Positions 50,601-59,929 of a stretch of DNA of 64,000 nucleotides are shown here, one piece after another. The stretch is from Stylophora pistillata (lineage: Eukaryota): assembly GCF_002571385.2 (NCBI RefSeq), contig NW_019217823.1, forward strand, positions 306,035 to 370,034, in the 5' to 3' direction. Below the pieces are notes generated by a model. That model saw only the letters and a program-made list of their open reading frames with translations, was not told the origin of the DNA and ran no database searches. Position 1 is the stretch's first letter; each line of letters starts with the position of its first letter. The translations under genes were made by a program, and so were the position numbers.

Positions 50601-53600
50601 GTTGCCACGCCAGAATATTACATACGCATTACTGAATGACAAAACATTCTTCATTTTCCAAAGCATCTCATTGAAATGGGAACAATTAAAACTTAAAACC
50701 CCGAAAAATTAAGCCTTTAAACACTTTAAAAACTGAATTGACTGCTGTGAAGTTCGCTTGTAAACCTGTTCTTTAACAACAAAATTAATTCACATTTCTG
50801 GTGAAACTTTGCACAAGACTTACATTGATAAGTTCCTGCTCCTTGTCTCCCGTTTTTGATTTAGTATCCAGCGAAGAAAGAGTCCGGTAACGAGAAAAAT
50901 CGTCCACGAATTATCACTTGTACAGTTTTTTCTAATAACTCGGGCAACTGGCGTTTTATATCAGGGGGGCTCCCTGTTATAATCCAGGGTTCATTTGTCA
51001 ATCATCGACAGCCATTACTAACATACCTCACCCCAGGCAACGTAGAATGCTAAGGTTTCAATAACCAGAATATAGAAATAAATGTCAGTCATGAAAAAAT
51101 CAAGAGCTCAGTGCAAAAGTTTAAGTTTTGAATTTAAAGACCTAATCAATTCAAGCCAATTAATTTGTGGGTTTACTGTGCATGATTTTAGTAGCTTACT
51201 TCGTACGAGGAAAGTCATTTGAAAATCTGAAAGCCAGCGTTTTTGCTATCATTCTTATTTCGAGAGGTATTTTATCAACAGCGCGTTGACAGCTTCATCT
51301 CAATTGACACCTGCTCTCTTTACTTCAACAGGAGCGCACCTGAGGTGATCCAAGACAATAACTATTCTCATGCTAGTGATGTTTGGGCTTTTGCGGTCCT
51401 AGCTTGGGAACTGTACACTGCCTTTGCAACAGGCCAGGAGCATAGGGACTACTCGATCCCTTATCGTAGCCATGCTGCTGAAGAGGTTTGTTCGTTGAAA
51501 AAGTTACGTTTGGACGTAATAATGACAATAATAAAAATAGCTACCTATGATGCACGATCCTCGCAGTAAAGAGCTCTATTTATGCAATAGCGAAAAATAT
51601 ATGAACTTCATAGATTCATAGTAAATAAAAATATCATTAATGATAATAACAATCGTCTTTATTGAGTCCTAAGATGAAAAACCACATATCTGATGTTACC
51701 AAAAAAATTTCCGAAAAAAAAATACCACTTACTCTGTTAGGTTATGATAAAAATGTAGTTGATAAAATAGGAAGGAAGTGCAAATTGGATTGTCACTTAG
51801 CTACTTGATTCACTCAATTTGCTCTCAATTTATTAGTATCGAAATCTAGTTGTCTTCTAATTTTTGTTACGTCATGGGTCCTAAAAAAAGTAAAATGGCA
51901 ATTTGGATCATTGGGACTTAGGCCACGATTCTACGATTAGGAATAACGGAGGAAGGGGTGAGAAAAGAGACTTGGGCCAACCATGAATTGGAATGCGATT
52001 ATAATCCTCCCCCCTCCCTTAGATGCAACAGATCTCGATTTAATGAATAACAATATAACAACGAATGAAAACCCGATTAAAACAGAAGTAGCGTTTAAAG
52101 AGGAATTTCAACCTTAACTCGAATTGAATACCTTGAGAATAAGGTTTTGATTCCCTTAAATCTAATTGAGTGATCTTCTTATTAGGTTATTCATCAAATT
52201 AGAAACGTTGGGCCTCTATCACGACCAGACGGCTGCCCTGATTGGGTGTATATTGTGATGCATCAGTGCTGGGCATTCGACCCAGTACAGAGGCCTCCGT
52301 TCATCGCCATCTTTGATTGTCTCACTACAAGGTGAGTACACAATAATGCACTAATTTTGTAAATCAGAATGATTCTTTGAGAACGGTAAACTGTACCCAA
52401 CTGTGTCCATAAGTTGAACTTGCGAGAGCCCAGGGAGACTTTTTGTGAGGATGCGAGCAAGGCATGGCTCGGTAAAAGACTCGGACTAAAGTAATCAAGC
52501 GATTTTCCGACCTCATTTTACGCCAAACTAACTCAAAGAACGAAGAAAACCGATGACAACAGAAAAACATCAACATTCAATTTAGGAATTATGCTGTATT
52601 GCTTTGTGGATTTTCCGGAACTGAGAACAAGTTTCTCATATTTTAAATTTTATTTAGACCTAAAAGAACTCAAAAGGCATACCATTTGGCAATACTAGAG
52701 AGTTTTCACTGAAAAGTGGGTCCGACCCTCCACGATTCTTAACCACTCGTAATCAAATATCTCGTCTCTCATAGACAACCAATGGACTCTTGGCTTATGT
52801 CATTGTGGAAAGAGCGCCACGAAAAGAGCGAATGGCCTGACCTACCAATTACTCAGACTGAAAACGCCTGTCACATCATCAACAAAGACAAAGACTGTAT
52901 TAAGGACATCATAGAGCAGATGTGTAACGATGGTTAAAAGCTTTCAGAACACGATTAGAGTTATGTTCTCGAAAATGCCACAAATCGAGTGGACGATGAA
53001 CTGTATGATGATCTACCTGAAGAGTGCTCCAAACTCTCTCCAGATGTGATAGAGCAGGAGACGTATGAAGACGTTTCCTCGATCAGTCGACCTGACTGTA
53101 CTTTTGACGAAAAAAGAGTAGGGAGACCGACAGGCTCCAACATTTCTTCCACTGAGCCTCGATACCAAAATGTAAAGAATTTCGGCCCCAAGAACATTAC
53201 GGGTCATAAACAAGAACAGGAGCTCTACGATGACCTCGTTTCCCCGGAGGTAGTAGAGGTGGCACAAGAAGAGGAAGAAACGTACGATGACATCAGAGGT
53301 GAAGAAGAGGCGGGCGAAGAATTCTATGGTGATATTGAAGAACGATCTCGCGATCCTCGCTACGGAGCGAGCAGAGATAAGCCTTCTTCAAAAGGGACTA
53401 ACTCCCCTTTGAACACCAAGAGTCAAGAACCTTCTTTGGGAGAGGACAATTACTCATTGGACAAAGAAACGGACCAAATAGATTTAGAGGATTTATACGA
53501 GGACATCGACAATCTCAGGCCACCACCGTATGCAAAGGCTTGTAATGTGACAGAGGAAGAAAATGTTGACTCACTAAACGCCAGCTGCGATCCCCTAGGG

Positions 53601-53915
53601 GGTGTTCCCCGCTTGAACGAGGACGAAACCCTCTATGAGGAAATAAGAGGAAATCAATCAACAGATTCGGGGGCGTACCAAAGTACTACAGGTCCCCAAA
53701 ATGATCAAGCCACAAGGAACCGAGATGAAACAGGATATGGAGAACTTAACTCAAGAGAGTCGTACATGCATCTGACAGGACCCAAAGCAAATTCCAACTC
53801 AAAGGAAACCGGTCCGGTAATGAAAAACGCTGCAAAGCTAAACAACCGCAGGTGCTACCTCAAGAAAAAGGAAACAGTTAATGATCAGCTTGTCAATACA
53901 ATTAAGGAACCTTAA
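35607..53915 (+). CDS. Gene C: paralog of gene A with RHIM-like N-terminal exon; premature stops at 52935 and 52956 ahead of the Tyr-rich tail (truncated allele or young pseudogene)
   Basis: Exons: 35607-35622 (MEGHG|gtaagt), 36769-36894, 37609-37860 (WTPKP motif shared with gene A exon 8845-9009), 38130-38899, 39232-39400, 39530-40276 (VIVK, HRALMAENILV, KLSGMH), 40736-40971, 41251-41416, 41625-41674, 42132-42236, 42543-42683, 43257-43436 (second copy 48647-48826; HGDLRAEYV), 49956-50065 (TRFGRS), 51332-51485, 52186-52331, 52775-53915. The 180, 110, 154 and 146-nt exons match gene A in length. Confidence 0.82.
42895..49212 (+). repeat. ~930-bp direct repeat (42895-43822 / 48285-49212) containing a gene C exon and bracketing a gap-bounded insert
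   Basis: Constant 5390-nt offset. Identical except within the hairpin repeat. The second copy starts right after the 'n' at 48284. Confidence 0.9.
44912..46182 (-). pseudogene. GT4 glycosyltransferase paralog, 5' portion only
   Basis: ATG exon 46182-46153 (MSTSRTSGRR|gtatgt) sits in the same context as 59883-59848. Coding 45420-44912 reads DEWRSSKGGLSTLNRE...DVIEFT, then jumps into non-coding repeat. 44912-45107 is nearly identical to 56354-56549. Confidence 0.75.
48829..49214. mobile_element. Hairpin-bearing interspersed repeat (other copies 43439-43822, partial 39043-39197, ends only 15748-15816)
   Basis: Shared left end ttataacataaccaaagtaaagtgcgcgctctgattggtcaa. Long imperfect palindrome ttgagttatggatgcac...gtgcatccataactca. 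Right end tttaccatttgttaa. Confidence 0.75.
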
Positions 53916-54844
53916 CATTATGGAATCAAACATTGAGTTTTTTTCAAAATGAATGACGCGCTAAAGGTGCACATGATTAACAATCGTACTTAAAAATGTA
54001 AGTCGGGTGCAAGGAAAGAAAGGCAGGTGAGCTGCTAGTGAAGAAATGTCAGTAACGAAGCCTGATAAATTCAGTTTCACCAGAGTTCGAACCCGTCCTT
54101 TTAGTTAGTCGTTGCTTCCTCCAACTGAGCCACGGAACCACACGTTGGGAAGGAGGCAAAGTTTAAAAGGTTTATCTTCCCCCTAAGGGAATTTGATCAC
54201 AATTAAAACAAATAATTATTTTATTTTATATTTTATCAATATCTATTTCTGTCATGTAATTTTGAAAGATAGGTCGGAAAAGACAAGTTCTGGTTGCCTA
54301 GCAACTATATTTACAATTTTGAGTCCAGAAACGCCAGAGTTTCTTTTAGTCTTGTAAATAGTTCCTTTTTTAACGAGAAAGCGTGAGAAATCAATATTTT
54401 TGCATTTTTTCTACGATATCAACGAAAACAAAAAAACAATTTTCTTCGCTTATTACATGATGGAAAAAATCTTCAATTGCAGTTATCAATTAATGGAATA
54501 GACAATTACTAAAGACATTGATGTAATCAATTCTCCCCCTTTATGCAAACCAATTGTTTTGAAATGAAATTCAACTGTCAACCCTTCAACTCCAAGAAGT
54601 GATTAAATAAGTAACTTCTCCAAACATTTTCAACACATTTCTCAGCAAACAGTTGATGAGAACGTAAAAACATATCTGCATTAGGACGTTATCTAGATAA
54701 AACACCAAATTATCCTCACTAATTTTTAAAGATATGCATAGCAGCTCATAGGGAGAATTCAGTGCTAATCATATTATGGAAGTAAAAGGGTTAACTGAAA
54801 GAAATGTGTAAACATAAGCTTCTGCTGTGCAGGTGTCTCAGTTT

Positions 54845-55070
54845 GGAGACAGTGTGGCCGAGTGGTTAGAGTGTCGGACTCGTAATCCGCCGCTCCCGGG
54901 TTCGAGTCCCACCCTGACCACTGGATTTGTTTCACGGTAGCCCCGAGTTCAGATCCTTGGTCACGCTTGTAAATAGCCAACTGGTTTGCCTCCGGTCGGT
55001 TGGGATTCTTAATGATGTTCTTAATGATGTTATGTTCAATTTAGACCATTTGTTTCATTTGTTTGCACGG
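54845..55070 (+). mobile_element. tRNA-derived SINE
   Basis: A box tggccgagtggttag and B box ggttcgagtccc, followed by a non-tRNA body. Confidence 0.8.
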
Positions 55071-55744
55071 ACCACAATGGAAACTACTGGTTCACCAGTA
55101 ATTGTATAATCCTATTAAAAGACTTTCTTTTTTTTCTTTTTTTTTTTTTTCAATAGTCATAATCGCCAACAAACTCATCGAGAATTCATTTACTGGCGAC
55201 TGTCATATTATGTTAACTACTGACTGATTAGCAAATGATCGATCACAAGAACAAGTGGGATGTGGTATATATTTTTGTACTGAATCCACTTTTTAGTTAC
55301 TTCATCAATACCTCCCAAAAATAAGTTAATCAAGTCATTAAGTTCAAATAAAGTTAAGGCTGTCAAAATGTAAACACCTTTATTTGACACAATGTAAAGG
55401 CAACTCAACAATTGCTCTGAAAACTTTTAACAGTTGCTGGCTAAAATGTTAACTGGAGTGTCTCCTTTCTCGAACAGATTTAAATGATATATATATCAAA
55501 ATGAATCAAAACTAAACTAAAATGATTTCTGTAGTTACAATGCTTAAAACGGAAACAGCGAGATGGAGTTTTCATCTATTTCCAGGATCCGTTGATAGAA
55601 GCTTACAAACAATTGTTTATTTGTTAAGCTTTAAGCAGTGATAATGAGAACGTTGGTGTCTCTTGCTGTATGATAGAACGCTTTACAATGTTATGAACCT
55701 TCATAATATTGGGTGTTTTTAGTTCAGTACCTCGATCATTTACA

Positions 55745-56553
55745 CTAGCGCAGTTTGTTCACAACGGTTTCAGACTGCTCCTGCCATTTGTACTTCCGAT
55801 CATAATATGTCCGCAGAGCGTCAGCTTCCTCTAGTCGTACCTCTCTTGATTTCTTTCTGGCCCGCTTGATGGCTCTTCCCCATTCATTGGGATCGTCGGA
55901 ATCCACCACAAAAGACATTCCAAAAGGAATCCTTTCTAGAGCTTTTCCAAATCCACTGTTATCACTCACCAGGATCGGAAGCCCGGCAGAGAGGGCTTCG
56001 AGGGCTGTAAGGCCGAACCCTTCTGTTCGCGATGGCATTATAGCCAGATCAGCTTCACAGAAAAGACTGGCCAGACTTTCACGGCTTTCTCGATAACTGC
56101 GCACTATCAGCTGCTTAGGGGAGATTCCACATTCAAGTAAGTTCCTTTTTACTTCTTCTTGTTCTCCTTCCGGTGCACCAACGAACACAAGACGATAGGA
56201 AGGGTCGTTCAAGCCTGCTACAGCGCGAGCGGCAAGGTCGTACCCTTTCAGTTCAAAATCTTCCTCGTTACCACGACCAAATACCAAGATACCAAAGTTT
56301 TCTCTTTCTTCACTAGCTTGCTCTAGTTCGGAGAACTCTGGAAAAATGCCTGGCGTAAATTCAATCACGTCTTTATCCTTCTTGTGTGGTCGAAGGCTGC
56401 TTTTTATGGACTCGGTGAGTTTGGGTCCTATACCCACAATAACATCAGCAGTCTTGCTCAGATCTACCTCGAGTTCGTGCTTCTTTTCGCCGTCCTTCAT
56501 CTCATGCCGACCTTTCTTGAATATCGCAATCTCTTCACTTGAGGTGTGCCCCA
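55745..56553 (-). pseudogene. GT4 glycosyltransferase paralog, 3' two-thirds only (5'-truncated, or spliced from an unlocated exon)
   Basis: Open frame GHTSSEE...PSRTEGFGLTALEALSAGLP...NKLR*, collinear with the 58030 gene. Homology stops abruptly at HTSSEE, where a possible acceptor 'ttttgcag' lies on the - strand. Confidence 0.75.
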
Positions 56554-56918
56554 CTGCAAAAATTAATGCAGTGAAAATGGAGTAAAGTAAATCAAAATTA
56601 GTAAATTAAATTAAATCTGGATATATATTAAATCTTCAAATTCCAGAAGTGATTAACAGATAGCTTCTCCTCGCGGCTTTGACACATTGTTCAGCAAACT
56701 GGTGATGAAATTAGGGAGACGTATTAGCCCTAGGAAACAAACTGGATGAAACATCGATTTATCTGTCCTAATTTTCAAAGAAATGTATGGTGGCTGGTAG
56801 GGGGAATTCCCTGCTAGGCAGAACCTGGGAGTAAATGGGTTCGCAGAAAGAACCATGAAGATATACGCGTCCGCTGTGCTGGTTAATCAGGCTCAAGTGC
56901 GAGCAAACTTTTCCTTAA

Positions 56919-57461
56919 AGGAGAACTGAAGCCTAAAAATGAACCATTTTTAAATTGCAGCTTATAGTTCAAATAGCAATGTTCGAGGGTTTTTTCAGTC
57001 TTTGGGCCCAAGTTCGTCTCGGAAAAATAGTTTAAAGTGTTATTTTTGCCTCGTAGTACGGCGGCTCAGAAAAGCGATGTCAGCGGTCATTTTAGCTCGC
57101 TCTTACGTCACTGGTGGGGAAGAAAGATAATAAACCCGTACTCTTCCTTCAGAAATCTGGTTTAGTTATGGAGTTATCGAAGTTGCGTGACTTGTAATGG
57201 GGATTAACTACGAAAATTAATAATAACAGTTGCTTTTCTTAAGTTGGTTCCCACCACTGACGTCATAAACGACCGCTGCTGACCAATTTTGAGCCGACGG
57301 TCTTACGGCCCCAAAAGCGGGAAAAAGGCAATTTCAATTCGAATTTTCTCATAAAAAATAAGAAGTGAACGAAAATGAATATCCGCGACACTATATCTTA
57401 CTCCTCTAAAAGCTAACTAGAAATGAATGCAAATATACCAATTTTAGGCTTCAGTTCCCCT
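56919..57461. mobile_element. Non-autonomous Kolobok-like DNA transposon
   Basis: TTAA|AGGAGAACTGAAGCCTAAAA ... TTTTAGGCTTCAGTTCCCCT|TTAA: ~20-bp TIRs, AG..CT termini, TTAA target duplication. Confidence 0.8.
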
Positions 57462-58029
57462 TTAATTACCTACCAAGAGACTGCCACAAATATCAACTAC
57501 TGTCAGATAAATCTATAGCTAAGTAGGTAAATCTATAGAATCTTTAAATTCCGTCAGTATCAATTTCATTATTTAGTGAGTTTTGTTTACTAGATCAAGC
57601 CTTTCCACAAGACGTCAATTAAAAATGCCTAAGTTAAGTCACAGCTGTAACAATGTAATAGACCTTAATTTTCCACACACTACAAAACAGAGCTTAAACC
57701 AAAATAGCTCCAACTACTCACAACTGACGAATGCTTGTAAAAACTGTTGTCTGTAGAGTCCTCTATGTTTTACAGCCAGATTTCACCGATGTACATATAT
57801 CGAAAGTAAACAAAGCTAAAACCCAATTGAAGTAATTCGAAAGTAGGGTGGAGATACGAAAACACATCTTTGGTCCCGTAGAACAGCAAGCGAATGATTG
57901 CTCGAAGTTCACTTCAAAGTTAACTAATGTCAACAATATCGTGTTTCCGTAATGTTCAATGAAAGTGTTTAAATTGATATGGATCTTCTTAAAAGTTGGG
58001 TTCTTTTTAGTTTAGGCAGTACATCATTT

Positions 58030-59883
58030 TCACTCTCGTAATTTTCGTACAATTGCTTCGCACTGTTCTTGCCATTTGTATTTCTCATCATAATACTTCC
58101 GTAGATTAATAGCCTCCTGAAGTCGCACATTCCTTGATTTTCTTCTGGCCTGCTTGATGGCTTCTTTCCATTTATCGGGGTCATCAGAGTCCACCACGAA
58201 AGAGTTTCCAAGCGGAAGCTCTTCGAGAGCTTGGCCAAATCCACTGTTAGCACTCACGAGGATTGGGAGGCCAGCTGAGAGGGCTTCAAGGGCAGTAAGG
58301 CCGAACCCTTCCGTTCTCGAAGGCATAATTGCCAAATCTGCCTCAACAAAAAGATCGGCCAGCTCTTCGCGGTTTTCGCAAAAGCTGCGTACTTTCAGCT
58401 GTCTGCGAGGGATGCCACATTTAGTTAAGCTTACTTTTACTTTTTCTTGCTCCCCTTCTGGCGCACCAACGAACAAAAGGTCATAGAGACAGTCTCCCAA
58501 GGCTGCTATGGCCTGTGCGGCAACATCGTACCCTTTGACTTCAAAATCTTCTTCGTCAGCGCGACCAAATAATAAGATAGAGAAGGTTTTTCTATCTTCC
58601 CTGGCTTGCTTTAGTTTAGAGAACTCTGTAAAAATACCAGGTGTGAAGTTAATTACGTCTTCATCTCTATGCTCCGTTCGGAGGCTTCGTTTGATAGACT
58701 CAGTGAGTTTTGGTCCAATACCCACGATGACATCAGCCGTTTTGCTCAGTTTTACCTCAATTTGGTGCTTTTTCTCACCAGCTGAAATCGGTGCTTTCTG
58801 CTTTTTCTTAAACATTGCTAGTTCCTCACTTGAAGTATGCACAACATGAACGCGTTTGCATCGCCGCTGTCTCGCCACGGCAAACGCTGGTGGCCCCAGC
58901 TTCTGTCCATGACCCACCACAGCGTCAATTTTACAGTCGTCAGGTGGAAATGACAATAAGGAGATGCGGTGAAATCCAGGTATCTCTTCGACCTTAACAA
59001 GGTTTACGTTACCTTTTAATGCTTCATTCTTTTCCTCCTCGGTGAATTGTAGCACAACTAGGGTCACCGATACATTAGGCTGTTGAGCCAGCCCTTTGCA
59101 CATCTCTCTGTTTAGAGTGGATAATCCACCTTTTGATGAGCCCCACTCATCCACCAAAGGAGAAATTCTCAAAACCTATTGCAAATGAACATAGTGAGAT
59201 AAGATGAATTTTACTTTTCGTTTTTTAATCAAAATTTGATAAATCATGAATAACTATCCACAGAAGCGGAATTAGCTGGTGGTGGATATTTACCAAGCCA
59301 CGAGGTGGCGAGGAAATATGCACTACTTTCACCGACTCAGAGGTGAAAAATTGTTTTAGTACATACCACACAGATGACAAAAACTAGTTTATTTGTTTCA
59401 ATATACCGAAACATGGTCGCAAATTAAACTCTGGACGAGCAATTTTGTCTTATCGCTTCCCAGAGGTAAATAGTAGTCCCTCTCCACTTCCGCCGGAACT
59501 ACCCAATCAGCGTGCGCGAAAAGCACTGTTCACTTGTGTGGTATATACTAACGAAGGATATCCAGAGAATGAATATCCAATTAGAGCGCGCCTTCAATGC
59601 TATCCACGGCCTTAATACATTGTAATATATAAAGGTTATTCATTTTCAAGCCTCAACACATTAATTGCGCTTAGCCCAATGATAATGCTGTTAGATGATA
59701 AGCTTTATAAATAATTACTCTATCGTCATGGCGAAACTTGTACACAGATGAATGAGCACTTCTTTGTCACTCTTTATATCGTCTGGCATAAATAAGTTTT
59801 AATCCGTGATAGCCAAAGTCTTCAATTCTATTAACACGATTACCTACCTCTAGTTCGCTGGTCTCAGCCGAAATATCATTCAT
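58030..59883 (-). CDS. Stand-alone glycosyltransferase family 4 (GT-B, Glycos_transf_1-like), intact, ~393 aa
   Basis: Large exon 59175-58030 follows the acceptor 'ttgcaatag'. A short ATG exon 59883-59848 (MNDISAETSELE|gtaggt) joins in phase 0. Motifs: DEWGSSKGGLSTLNRE, VHVVHT, FGRAD..KGYD and DLAIMPSRTEGFGLTALEALSAGLPILVS (retaining GT4 E-x7-E). Confidence 0.9.
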
Positions 59884-59929
59884 TTCCTTTGAAGAGTCAA
59901 CAAAAGCCCTAAAAATCAAAATAAAAACA

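Noticed and set aside
52933-52958. Tiny GT-AG intron removing the two stop codons
   Set aside because: 26 nt is too short and would shift the frame, and the segment aligns with coding sequence in A and B.
54845-54920. tRNA gene (also 18060-18132 and 2613-2655)
   Set aside because: A/B boxes run into SINE bodies or a contig break, and no complete cloverleaf forms.
56802-56811. Perfect kappaB palindrome GGGAATTCCC
   Set aside because: It appears to lie within an interspersed-repeat-like segment and is not near a supported start exon.
55866-59000. Plus-strand ORFs over the GT4 genes (and minus-strand ORFs over the kinase exons)
   Set aside because: They are antisense shadows of real coding exons with no independent motifs.
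58030-59175. mshA gene or bacterial contamination
   Set aside because: It has a spliceosomal intron and eukaryotic repeats around it. GT4 motifs do not specify mycothiol synthesis.
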